Shown: positions 12,111 to 23,569 of the stretch, in pieces
How positions within the stretch are numbered: position 1 is the stretch's first letter
Layout: every line of letters begins with the position of its first letter
DNA from: Glaucostegus cemiculus
Taxonomy: Eukaryota
Reading direction: 5' to 3'
Length of the DNA stretch: 38,757 bases
Assembly: GCA_976551045.1 (NCBI GenBank)
Contig: CDPCPM010000010.1
Span: 12,487,244-12,526,000, forward strand
Made by a program: the position numbers and the translations under genes
Notes under the pieces: generated by a model
What the model was told of the DNA's origin: nothing
Seen by the model: the letters and a program-made list of their open reading frames with translations, nothing else
Databases searched by the model: none

Positions 12111-13673
12111 GATTTTCTTTTTCAAAAGGGAAATTAGAATCACAAGTGTGCACATTATCTATAAGAGAAAGCACTGGCACTTTGATGTGTTACCTTTTGC
12201 ATTCTTCAATGACATGAGAGCTGATGTGGAAAAGTAACCTCTAGAAAGCAGTCTTCTCCAGCTGCCTAACATGTGATGTGGTGGAGGGGTGATGATGTGC
12301 TATTTCTCATTACACTCATGGAGACTGAGGTGTTGGCTGCCTTCCTATTGAAATTTGTCTCAATGTGAAATCACTTCACTCAAGTTACTTTCCTCCAAGG
12401 AGTAACCGCTTTCAGCCTTTCGAGCTTGACTGGTAATCGAGTTACTAAAGGGAATTCTGGCTGTGTGTCTGTTTTTTGATTCTTTAGCACCGCATCCATG
12501 GAACGGTTATGATAATTGCAGAGGTGAGGAGGAGATTAAACAATGAGCTTTTGCAGACTTCAAACTGCTTAAAAATGAAACTTTGTTTTCACCTATGAGC
12601 TTAGTTTGAAAAAGGCATTTGAAATTGGAAATTGCATCTCAACCTACTGGGGTTTGATGTCATTATCAAAACTGATCAAAGGTGAAGTATTCTGGCTATA
12701 GTTTGTAAGGTGATTTCCAAACCAGCATTTGAATTGCCTGCACAGATGCTGATGCAATTTGCAGCCTGCTGTGCTCAGCCCTGTTAGGATTCCTGAATGA
12801 AATATAAAATGGATTACATTTGACACTCAGTGAACTGCAATGCACTATCTGTCCTCCAATAAGAGCAAACTTCCATCAAATTTAGATTAGTTTACAGCAT
12901 AGAAAGGAATAGAAGCATAAATTAAAATTTAACAATTTTATAAATAAAAATTTAGATAATAATCAATCCTGTCCAAGCCAAACAAAAATTATACTAAGAA
13001 ATGGAATAATCAACCTTTCCCCTTCATCTCCAGAGAGGCCTACTCCACATACACGGGCAAACAATTCAATTTTGGGATAGAGCAAATAAGAGTTATCCAC
13101 AATATCCTTCATAAACCCTTGGATCTGACAGGAACTTCACTACAAGGAGACTAGAACCACAAGGTAACCCTCTCAGACCACAGGGCCCTATTTTTTATGC
13201 TTGAAAAGATTTTGTAATGGTATACAAGCCTTACAGTTCCACATTCAAGGGTAAATAATACGTTAATGCAACCTTAAATGCACTTTCATTTTGAAAGAGT
13301 AAAAATTATATATAAAAAATGACTGAACCATCAAAACATACCTCTAGAATTCTCATACAAGTTTTTTTTTGTTCCAGAATTAGAGTTAATGACAGCCAGC
13401 AAGTAAAATTATTAATTAGTTTTATTTTTACACCATCTAATTAAACTTAACAGGAGCAATAATTTGAGGTTTTAGGTTACTCCTACTGTCACCCATAACT
13501 CTCAATTAATGAGCAAGTAGGAAAAAAAAGTACTGCAGAGATAAATTTTGAAACAAGCGCATCAACATTATTTGAGTGGCAATAGGTAAGGGGGAGATTC
13601 AATGGGACCTGGGTGTCCCTGTACACTAACTGATGAAAGTAAACATGCAGGTGTGGTAAGCAGTTAAGGAAAC

Positions 13674-13980
13674 TGTAGCCATCTTGCAGCCAGCCTGTTT
13701 GCCGACACAGGCCTTGTTCACGGAGTCAGTTTGTCTTCCCTGCAGGTAGGTTACTACATATTTTGAATCTCCCCCGCTGGCCCTTTAAAGCCAGTTACAA
13801 GTCCCGCCCCCTCCGGGCGGAAGTGACGTGCACAGAACGTCACTGGTTGGCTCTCACGCGCGGGCTTTTTCTCTTTTTTAACAGAGAGGGAGGGCTGGTG
13901 CCATCTTGCAGCCGGCCTCTTTGCCGACGCAGGCCTTGTTCACGGAGCCGGTTCCTCTTCCCTGCAGGTAGATTGCTACA
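13674..13980. mobile_element. Miniature LTR-type element (TRIM-like, or Gypsy-type solo LTR with internal duplication)
   Basis: Starts TGTAGC and ends GCTACA (6-bp inverted termini, TG..CA); flanked by AAAC on both sides (13670-13673 and 13981-13984); 81-bp direct repeats 13678-13758 and 13900-13980 (9 mismatches by manual count); interrupts otherwise contiguous CR1 sequence. Confidence 0.8.
13783..13863 (-). promoter_or_regulatory. Promoter-like motif cluster inside the mini-LTR element
   Basis: Read on -: GTGACGT and CACGTCAC (CRE/ATF-like), ACTTCCG (ETS), GGGGCGGGAC (Sp1 GC box), then TTTAAA (TATA-like). GCCATCTTG (YY1-like) sits in both flanking repeats. CpG-rich in a CpG-poor window. 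Function not shown. Confidence 0.5.
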
Positions 13981-15094
13981 AAACCATGATTTATCACCAT
14001 TCATAGTGAGAGGACTCAAGTACAGGAGTAGAGATGTCTTACTGCAATTGTGCAGGCCCTTGATGAGACCACACCTTGAGTATTGTGTGCAGTTTTGGTC
14101 TCCTCCTCTAAGGAGGGATGTTCCTGCTGTGGAGGGAGAACAGTGAATGTTCAAGGACTAACCCTGTGATGTGGCAGGGCTGACATCCGAAGAGAGATTG
14201 AGATCATTGGGCTTATATTTGCTTGATTTTAGAAGGATGAGAAGGGACCTTATTGAAATTTATAAAATCCTGACAGGACTGAATAAAGTAGATTCAGGAG
14301 GGATGTTCCCAATGGTGGGGAAGTCAAGAAGCAGGGTTCACAACTGGTGGATATGGGGAAGACAGCTATGATTGAAATGGGGAGAGATATGTCCCCCGAA
14401 AGAGTGGTGAACTAGTGAAATTCTTACCACAGGAGGCAGTTAATGCCAAATCATTAAATACGTTCAAAACAGAATTAGATTTAGTTCTTATGGCCAAAGA
14501 GGGGAAGGGATATGGAGGAAAAGGGAAATTTGACTGATCAGCCATGATTATACTGAACATTTGAGACAGGATTAATGGTCAAATGGCCCACTCCTATTCT
14601 ACGTGTTTTTCTTTAAAAAAAAAATAAATTCAGAAGTGATAACATTTTGATTATAAAGTCTCTCTCATGGCACCATCTGAAGGTTTGTGTGGCTGTTTGT
14701 TGTTTGGTTCATGAATTAGCCCAAATATTCTTGATAATTCAGATCAATGAGTGAAGCTAAAATCGTTCAGGAACCACTGTGCTATCAGTACTTTATGTCA
14801 GTTCAAATGAAAATATTCCTCAATGACTCACAAAAGCACCTTTCCGTTCTCAATCTCAGGAGGTTCATACAGCAGTTTGGGAGAGTGACCATAAAATGGC
14901 AGTTCCTGCAGATTCTGGGTGCTTCTTTTCAATCATTTTTCCCTAGATATTGTTTGAACAGCATCCCTACACCATTACAACCCTTATAAGATCACCTGGG
15001 CAACCAGATATGAGCTTTCAAAGGTTAAAAAGTACCAAGCTATCTGCTTGATGAGCTGCAAGCTGCAGGGTTACCAAGTGCTAGAAGGAGGGAT

Positions 15095-15229
15095 TGTACC
15101 GAGTACCTGTACTACCTCAATGCACTGTGTAATGAATTGATCTGTACGAACAGTATGCAAGACAAGATCTTCACTGTACCTCGGTACAAGTGACAATGAT
15201 AAACCAAAACCAATACCAAAATACCAATA
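15095..15229 (+). mobile_element. Rex1/Babar-type LINE 3' tail
   Basis: tacctcaatgcactgtgtaatgaattgatctgtacgaacagtatgcaagac...ttcactgtacctcggtacaagtgacaatgataaaccaaaccaatacca; clear reverse-complement homologue of 28830-28935; ends in short ACCAAT-like repeats. Confidence 0.75.
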
Positions 15230-15686
15230 TCTCTATTTCATCTTGCACAGACATAGTGTGTAGGATGGCTTCCTGCACAGTAATTTTTTTTGATTCGATG
15301 GTTACTATGACCTCAGAATCAAACAGCATTACTTTATTTGATTTTATTGACCATGTATCCTAGACTCAGAACAATCATTTTATAACACAAAAAATGGTCC
15401 AGTAATGCTTTTGTCTAATTACAATAACCAAACTTCTTTGATGGACTGCAACGTTATGGCATCCACACTAGCTTAGGAAGCTACTTGATCAGTCACACCA
15501 CTTCTGCGGCAGAAGAAGGTGAATCATGTGCACTTGTAGTTTTGATAATTATCTACAACAGTACCTCTTTGGTCAGCATATTTGATTAACCATATGAAAA
15601 CTGATTATTGTAAATTTTGTTAAAACTTAACAAACTAGTTTCTTTTTCCCCCTGTAGGTTACATCAGCAGGTTAAGGAGCATCAGA

Positions 15687-15728
15687 AACCTGGGAGCAGC
15701 AGGAACCTGGGAGCAGCAGGAACCTGGG
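15687..15728. repeat. Short tandem duplication, 17-bp unit AACCTGGGAGCAGCAGG x2.5
   Basis: Two perfect copies plus AACCTGGG seen directly. Confidence 0.9.
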
Positions 15729-16139
15729 CTCTCTCGCTTACTTGATGGTTAACACTATAACTTAGTCATCTACTTGCACTGTGTTTAAAGAATATCTACC
15801 ACAGTAACATGCAACCAAGCAAGAGAGCAGAGGAGGGGATGCCATTATTTTAGACTCTTGACCTGTAAGGATTTTGAATGGCATTGAGCTTAAAGATACA
15901 TGTTCCTTGGATTCTACGTTAAGATTCCTGACAAAAACGTCACACGCCATTTAATGAAAAATGCTGTTGACATTCTTTATTGACTGTCGCACTCCAGGAG
16001 CACAGTCTCAAGTCACAAGGTTAAGACAGACACATTAGGTCAGCTGAAGTAAAGCATCACTCTCCTTTTTCTTTCCAAACACTTCACCTAGAATTAACAG
16101 TTGTTCAGATTACAAGGAGTCTGTGCTCTGACTCATTAG

Positions 16140-16690
16140 TCTGCAGTATGGTTAACTATCTCTTATTCCAGCAAGTCCTGGTATATCCAATCCTTACAAA
16201 TTTTAATCAACTTCAAGTCACATGGTTTTCAACTCTCAAACACTTCTGCAAAGCAGTCATCCAATCTGAATTTGATTTCTCCAACACGGAGGCATTAATT
16301 GCAACACACAAAATTAGCAAGCAAATCTCTGCTTCAGATGGAAGGAGCGTTTGGGTTCCTGGGTGGTGGGAAGAGGTAAATGAGCAGGTTCTGCATCTCC
16401 AACAGTTGATTGGAAGGTGCACTGAGAAAGGCAGTGGGTGTGGCTGAAAACAGAAGAGTGAACCACAAACTCACAGAGGAAAAAAAATCCCTAAAAGACT
16501 GAAAGCAGGAAGCAGGAAAGATAGTGGATTCTTGTCAATGGAAGTGACAATGATAGAGGATCTCCAAGGCTGATGGGGATAGAAGGAAGTACTGGGGATC
16601 CCGATTGTTGCTCCGTATGGGAGAGGGGCTTGGAACAAATGTAGGATTTCCCCTTGACCTCTGCAAAGGAGGTGACATCACTGTATAACT
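16140..16690 (-). mobile_element. Penelope-like element fragment (GIY-YIG region, heavily decayed)
   Basis: Minus translation WRCRTCSFTSS...GTQTL and CCN*CLRVGEIKFRLDDCFAE (cf. RCNTCPFTSS and CGLLYIGETKRRLGDRFAEH). The 16460-16690 extension is less certain. Confidence 0.7.
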
Positions 16691-16739
16691 GAATCAAGCC
16701 GAACACCAAAGAGAACTATATAGACTACATTCCAGTGTG

Positions 16740-19170
16740 TTTGAATGCTTCTCCGTACGCCTCTAGTGGCAGTGGTAGAAACTAGCAGTAATGTTCCATG
16801 TGCGGGGGTGGGAGGGGGGGAACCAAGGACACCCTTCAGATACATATTTAGCAGACAGCTCAAATACATAAGTTGGATGGCAATGTCAGGTGCCAAGCAC
16901 TAAGTGCCTGGATCCAGAGCTGGAATAAATTCAATAACCTCACACAAATGGTCAAGGTCAGTGAATGAACCTTCAAGTGCTACCAACAACAACTCCTCAA
17001 TTTACCCATCCCCATAACTCTCATAACAGCGATCTCTATCAATCTGTACCTCCTATTCCATCCACTCCACCACATTCTCACAGAACTCGCACTACCGAAA
17101 CGTCTCACACATTTCACTCACTGCTGGCAATACAACCAGCTACATCACCAAGACTGCAAAATAAAGTAAATAACACACTTCTCCCTCCCTCTCTCTCACA
17201 GACAGAAGGTGGTGGTGTTCAGCTGGAAGGTGACAGCCAAGATGACACAGCCTAATCTCCACTGAGGAGCTGGCCGTGGCTAATGCTTTCCCCGAGGCCA
17301 GGAGCAAAGCTGAAACCATTGATGATTATATCCTCATACCTAATCCTTTGCTCATATGTCGTTTCCTTCTCAACTCGCAGTCGGGCTTACAATCTTCAAA
17401 CATGTACTTCTTACTTTCTCCCTCACAACACAACCTTAACCTTGTGCTTTTTATTTCAGATACCTAATGATAAAACAAGAATATAGCAAGAACGGAAAGA
17501 AAACAATGATTATGAAGACTCGGACTTACTTACCGCCAGTAGATCAGATATATGCACTGAGGAAACAGCATAAAGATGGGATCTACAAATAGCCTGCTGT
17601 CAGAGTCCAAGTCTGAGAGAGACATAGAGAGATAGAGCACAGAAAGAGCCCTTCGGGTGACTGAGTCTGTGCCAAACATCAACCACGCATTTACGCTGAT
17701 CCTACCTTCTCATTAACTCCCACTTCCCAAGATTCTACCACTCACCGCCACACATGATGGGCAATTTACAGCAGCCAATTAATCCGTTAATTAATCTACA
17801 GCAGCCAATTGTGTGGGGCACCTTACTGAAAGCAGCTTGATGCATTGAGAATCATACCATGCCTGTGTTCACTGTCGAGGTGCAGGGAGGAATAGTGCAT
17901 CAACTTGACACAGGGCCACGTGTAGAACACAGATCCAGCCTTTGCAGTGTGAATGTGGTGGCCAGCTCCATCAGACATGTGTTGGATCAACCATGCTGCA
18001 GCACTGGATGATAATATTGCAGCTTTCACTGGAGCGCAAACAGCAGTCACTCCATATCTGAGCATTGAGGTCAAAGCTCAACCTGCTGTCATTCAGGCTC
18101 AACCCGCTGCCATCAACTCAGACTGCTGCTGTTGTGGATTAGAGATTGCCGAGGGGCATGGAAGGGGTTACGGCAGTCTGCCAGTCTATCCTCCAGCAGT
18201 TGACAGATGAAGCATGAATTCAGTGACCCAGAAATCAGAGATGATGGTGTGCTGTTTCCAATCTCCACTGAAAGAGTTTTAAATACAACGCGCACAATTT
18301 CCCAGCAGAAGCTTGTAGATAGAACCTAGCTAGATCTCAGGGGCGAGGCAATGAATGGCAACAGTGCCTATTGAAATATGCATCATCATGGGTGAAAAAA
18401 TCCTGCCCACAAATATTGCTAATAAAATATTTGAACATTGGCTAAACTATATCTTGATGCATCCTGGCTTAAGCTACTTGTCTAATTGTGAATGTTTCTA
18501 AATATTTCTGACATTCAGAAACATAAAAGCCAAAAAAATCTAAACAAAATGAAATTATTAAAAGAAGTCTAACATACAAAAAGTAATTGTAGCCCCTCAT
18601 GGCTACTGCCCTCTACTGAAATCAATGAAAGAGAACTCTGCACCAGGGCTAAACACATCAAGTGTCTCCAGAAGATTCCCCGCGATATGTGGCGGAGAAT
18701 CTCTGCAATGTTGTGTGCTCACACTGGACGTTCAGTGGGCAGTTGAAGCTACACTAGTGAACAGCTGTCATAAAAGTTGGATCTCCTGTATTCACACATA
18801 CACGCCTAGAAATCCCCAACTTGCTAGCCTAATGTGGTGAAAACCTGGCAGTTATATGTAAAATTGCTGGCATGGTCCTGCAAAATCCAGGCCAATATCT
18901 TCTCTCATGATGCCAGCATTTTTTTTTATCTGCCACTGCCACTCTGCCAGAACCTTGCTGCTGATTTTCAGACAGCCATCCTGCCTGGCAAGATGATGCC
19001 GTCTTCAGTTGGTGCTTTTGAGCCCAGCTGTGTTTGTAGCCCTTGTTTAAAGGCGTCTGCAGTCTCTTTCAGTGTCAGTCATTAGATTTGTCCAGCTCTT
19101 TTGCAGTGACTGGTGTATTATATCGGGGCACCTGTAATACACGAACTAGAGAAAGGCACAAGTGTAATTA
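16740..19170 (+). pseudogene. Harbinger Myb/SANT-like DNA-binding protein gene, spliced, decayed
   Basis: 16909-16956 WIQSWNKFNNLTQMVK (cf. W.QCRKKFNDL...K) followed by donor GTCAGT at 16957; polypyrimidine plus CAG acceptor at ~17201; EARSKAETIDD at ~17294-17326; acceptor tgctttttatttcAG at 17459; acidic QERKENNDYEDSD; low-complexity GAQTAV...KAQPAVIQAQPAAI at ~18030-18115. Distal part 18890-19170 assigned from recalled similarity only. Confidence 0.65.
17620..17812 (-). mobile_element. SINE 3' half (CR1-type tail) nested in the Harbinger Myb/SANT gene
   Basis: agcacagaaagagcccttcggg...gagtctgtgccaaacatcaaccacgcatttac...gggcaatttacagcagccaatt, homologous to 27435-27605; ends in a local duplication of tacagcagccaatt. 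Confidence 0.75.
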
Positions 19171-19379
19171 AATATGTTGTATGGTGTGACTCCATTTATA
19201 AATTTAGTTTAGGAATATTATTCTGTGATGGCCAAATGCATATTCTGATGGGCAGTGACAGAGGGAAGGTTAGATACAGGGCAATTTGTAAATGGGGAAC
19301 TTGAGTTCAGGTTAAACCATAGCACTCAGATCTAAGTTCACGAATATCTAGAGCAGAAAGTGGCTTTCTAGATGCTTCT

Positions 19380-20290
19380 TCCCTCCTTTGTCGTTATCCC
19401 ATTTCTCCACATATTCCAGTGGCTGCCGCTCAGCTGCTCCCTGTAAAGCTCCTGATATGAGGAAATCCTCTCGATGCTGACGGTGGCGCAGCACGCAAGG
19501 GAAGTCTGGACACTCGCTCTGCTGAGTATGCACAGCTTCTTTCGGGCAGTGCAGGCAATGATGGGGTTATTTCAGCAAGCCACTGATCGCCTTATCACAC
19601 ACCACATGTCTCCATGACATTCAAGTCATGGGCATTGCCCGTGTGTGCACAAAATGGACACTGGAGTCATCAACTATGTGGACAGCAGATAACCCCTATC
19701 ATCTAATAGCTAATCATGGATTTGCTAAGGTAACTCAAGTGTAGCTGGAACTGCAGAGAAGTCACACATCATAATAAACCAATGATACTAGGTTTTGGGT
19801 TTTATGATTTACTGTATCTGCTTACCAGTTGAACATTAAAAGGGTGAATCCCATTTGATTCCTGCTTTCAACAGGCTAATGTTCACAAAAAAAATATTAC
19901 TTTCTGTGAATGGCACCCTTAATCATGGTAAAGCTGCAAGGCATCTCTATGTGTAGCTTACTGCAAAATGAAATGTGATCAGCTCTGTTTCACTAGAGGG
20001 AATCAATAATCGCCCATACACAAGATAAATGACAAATTTCACAGTTATTTTCAGTCTTAGCCTGGAAGAAACTAGATGCAGAAGAGTTCTTGCCACAATC
20101 AATTTGACGTGCATTGCAAATGCAGTCTTTCGGGGTCACAGTTATGGCTGCAGTAGATGACAGTAGCAGTGATGCATCCTTAGTGAAAATGCAGACATCC
20201 CGACAACTGTGCCACAGTGGGGCCAGAGATCTTTTCTTGATCAGCCTGGGTGAATGTGGCCTCCGGTTGTGAACGGTTTTCTCCGCAGAA
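19380..20290 (-). pseudogene. Harbinger (HARBI1-family, DDE_Tnp_4) transposase pseudogene
   Basis: Colinear motifs on -: RRPHSPR, CLH/FTKD, CHLLQP*L (20139-20162), KTAFAMHVKLIVA/NSSASSFFQ (cf. TALPVAVKVTVALNFFASGSFQ), SFTMIKGAIHRK (19900-19935, cf. GFP.VQGAIDCTH), NQMG/HPFNVQLV (19823-19860, cf. NRKGFHSLNVQLV), LLDDRGYLLST*LMTPV (19659-19709, cf. LLGDKGYPL.TWLMTP), GLLK*..CL, YSAERVSR (19505-19528). Many stops and frameshifts. Confidence 0.87.
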
Positions 20291-21199
20291 AATCAACAAA
20301 ATACTCTTTGACTGTGATTTCCAGATTTGAAACAATTATTGAAATCACCACATGTAGAATCACAACAATGACCAGAAGATATAAAACCAGAATGTAAATC
20401 TGAAGCCTTCAATCAGTCCTTTAAATAGCAAGCTTGTGTGGAGGGTGTAAGAGGCAGTGTGTGTTCAGTGTTTAGCTGTGATTACGGAAGGACAGTCAAC
20501 TCAACAATGGCAGGACCGGAGCAAAATCAAAATCAAGATCAAAATCACACTGACTGACTTTATTGTCCACCTCATGCCAAATATACAATGTATATGCACT
20601 AACTGTCTCATCAATATGGCATCTGGTATGATTCACTCCACAAATTTATACGTGGGCGTATGTCATCTTGTTCATCCACAGCACCAGTGATGACATTAAT
20701 GATGCAAACTTCACACTTGCACATTTTGTAATCAGTGGAAGTTAACATGTTACTGCCATCTTCTAATGGTTTGACTCAGTATAATATTTGCATTTTAACC
20801 ATGGAACCCAGTTGATATTGGGCTGAGTCACACTTGACCTGGCTTGTCACCTGCGTTTGCTCACACTTTTCACGGCTCTACAAGTTCAGCCGTCCTTTGT
20901 GCAAGTCTTCCATGTACTAGAAATTAATTAAAACATTAAAGTTAATCAAGTAAAAAAAAAATCCTTTGCTCAAAGTCATCAACTCCAATCAAAGAATGGG
21001 CTTCAGGGCTCAGGCCAGCCTTTGCTGGTGTGAAGCTGAGGGGCTGACTGCTCAGTGCTGAGTCCAGTGAGAAGTCAGATGCACAGAGAGAACTGCTGGC
21101 TTAACTTCAGTACAATCTGGCTCACTGAAGTAAGATGGGCATTTTTATATTAAGTGGGAACTGGTATATTGTAATGCTCTTTCCTGTTGCTGGCATTAA

Positions 21200-21775
21200 G
21201 TGTGACATTCACAAATTCTAAAGGGTAGGAACCATTCATAAAAATGACATTTTAAAGCAATAGATTGCCGATTTATACCTTTACTTTCTAATGCATGGGA
21301 GCAGTACAAAATTGACATTTTCTAAGGTGTAGAACCTAATAAGACATTTTCTTTTTGGGGGATTTGATATTCACATCCGCATATTCTGAAGGGAAGCCCA
21401 GTACAACATGGGGCATTATCTGCAAGCTAGAACCTTCTGTAGGCATGTTTTCCAATGATCAGTAAGTATACTCACACTGTGTAATAAGTGGCATACAAAA
21501 TGATAGATACTTCCCAAATTGTTGGTACCAAGTTTTCTATTAGACAAGATCAGAATGAAATTCACCTTTTCAAAAATGGCAAGAAGGATGGGGATGGGGA
21601 AGGAATATGATTTTCACATTTTCTAATGGCTGGGAGCAAGTAGGATAGACATTTTCTAATGGTGGAAGGCATTATGATATATAAATGTTGCAATCAGTGG
21701 GACCTTGGAGGAGGTTCACATTTTCTAACAGTAGAACCCCAACAATGATACTAGAGCATCTTTCTAGCATATAGG
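21200..21775. repeat. Degenerate minisatellite, ~30-35 bp period, core CATTTTCTAA
   Basis: Core or near-core at ~21248, 21283, 21316, 21345, 21617, 21650 and 21719; extended match tttctaatgcatgggagcagta vs tttctaatggctgggagcaagta. Confidence 0.65.
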
Positions 21776-23014
21776 CTAATGGTAATGGTACAGCTCTGAC
21801 AGCATGGTGAGTATCTGAAGATTTTAATCAGCAAACAGCAGTACATCATGAAAATCATTGGGTAAAATTATTAACTAATGTGCTAATGTATTTCATACTT
21901 CAAACTGCCATTCGTCCATAATTTTAAACTTACCCATTTGGCCTGTGTTCCCATTATTATAGATTAATACAAGAGACACACTTTCATTGAGTGATATATT
22001 GAATGAATTAACTCCAAAGGTTAATGAGGCTAATAGTTATAGTCATTCTTCTGTATGTTTGCTTTTAAATGACATTGATCTATAACACTGTAGCATTTTT
22101 ACAAAACCTAAAAATAGTAAAAAATCTCACAAGATTCCTAATTGCTGAGATGAAACAGCCCAGTAGTGACACGAGTTAGAAAATGTTTGATTAGCAGATA
22201 TATAATATCTGTATGCTGACCCTGCATGTGAACAAGTTCCAAGTATGAAATGCAAATGTATCCATTCTTTGGGTAATGTTATGTTAAAGGACTAATGCAT
22301 CTCTAGCAAGCCAGCTGTGCGGCCATAGAGAAAGGAACCACCTTGTTGCAATGCAGCTATGTCACCTTTGGATATTATTGCAATTAGATCTTCTGCAGAG
22401 GAGAGAGGGGCAGTTTTAAGCAGCTGGCATTTGGGCACTGGGGCAAGATCCTGAGGCTGCATTGCAGGAGATGGGGGATTCACAATAACACTAACAGTTT
22501 AAGCCAACTTGACTGCAGGACTCAAAATCCTTAGGTATTTCAACCTAATCTATTTTGATGGTTTACACAATAACCTTCATTCATAGCTGTTCCCAATAAA
22601 TGTTCATTCTTCAGTCGGCTACATCTTGAAGCATCTCTTTTTTTCACTACGTCCCTTGGCTCCACAACTGCTCTTCTTGTGAATCCTTCCAGTTCCCTGT
22701 ACCTGCATGGCTTATGCCAATATGAGCATGTCAACTTTGGGTTACATACTGATACAAGATATTACATGTCATGCAAATGTGATTTTTTGATCTCTTTTAC
22801 TCATTATATGGGAACCCTATGCATGGCAAGTACACTGAGAAGACAGCACAGTGCAGAAAAAAGAGAATGAAAAGACAGATAGGGAAATAGAAAATCTGAT
22901 TTTAACTCATAGTTATGATCAAACAGCTGCTGCTCCTTTCCTCAAACTATCCATTCCCCATAAACAAACCATAAGCTGAAGACGACTTTGATGTCAATAA
23001 TTCATCTAGTGTGA

Positions 23015-23522
23015 AAACTAGCCACTGACATAAAAACAGACTCTAAGAACTTTCATAGCTAGTAAAAAGGAAAAGATCAACAAGGACAAAAGTGGGTTCC
23101 TTACAAAGGTAGACAATGTATAATGGAGATTAAGGAAATGACAGAGGACATAAAGAAATAGTTTCGTTCTTTACAGATGACAAAAAAGAACCCCAGTACA
23201 AAGAAGTAAATAACATGCATAAAGAAATACTACTATGCAAGTTAATCTGCCTGAGAGTGAGAAATCCCAAGGACCATATGATCTACTTTGCATTGCGTTT
23301 TGCGATAATGGATCCAACAAAACTAGATTGGAAGTTAATTTCAGTCCTGCTGAACTTTTGAAGATGAAAAAATGTTCTGGTTATAATCTTACACAATTCT
23401 ATAGATTCTTCAATGGTTCCTACAGATTAGAGGGTAGCAAACATTTCCCTACTATCCAAGAAAGAGAGAGAGAGAACATAGGGATCCATCAGTCTGTTAA
23501 CCCGGATGGAGAAATGCTTTAT
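23015..23522 (+). mobile_element. Old CR1 LINE ORF2 internal fragment
   Basis: KLATDIKTDSKNFH.../KRKRSTRTKVGSLQ.../IMEIKEMTEDIKK (cf. KLA.NIKTD.KSFY.YVKRKR..K.NVGPL...MGNKEMAEELN), KSQGPYDL, and ggttcctacagattagagggtagcaaac (VP.DWRVANV). Confidence 0.8.
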
Positions 23523-23569
23523 TGAAGACTATTTATTGCAACATTTGTTCACCTTTTCCCTCTAACGGG

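Larger units (their letters stand above)
13590..14602 (+). mobile_element. CR1 LINE 3' fragment, interrupted by a 307-bp insertion
   Basis: gggacctgggtgtccctgtacac (RDLGV.V) upstream; FIVRGLKYRSRDVLLQLCRPLMRPHLEYCVQFWSP and GLTSEERLRSLGLYLLDFRRMRRDLIEIYKILTGL downstream; 3' UTR ends aatggcccactcctattcta. Confidence 0.93.
16740..20290. mobile_element. Fossil two-gene PIF/Harbinger DNA transposon (convergent Myb/SANT gene and DDE transposase)
   Basis: Myb/SANT-like remnants on + at 16.74-19.17 kb face transposase remnants on - at 19.38-20.29 kb, a known Harbinger layout. TIRs and TSD not identified; left end abuts a Penelope fragment. Confidence 0.8.

Noticed and set aside
17460-17592. Apparent host terminal exon YLMIKQEYSKNGKK...
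   Set aside because: The acceptor and the acidic alternative frame are better explained as an exon of the fossil Harbinger Myb/SANT gene.
19380-20290. Host HARBI1 gene
   Set aside because: Multiple stops and frameshifts, loss of a catalytic Asp and an adjacent Myb/SANT partner indicate a dead transposon, not the domesticated gene.
21200-21775. CRISPR-like repeat-spacer array
   Set aside because: Vertebrate context, core only ~10 bp and degenerate, spacers related to each other, no cas genes.
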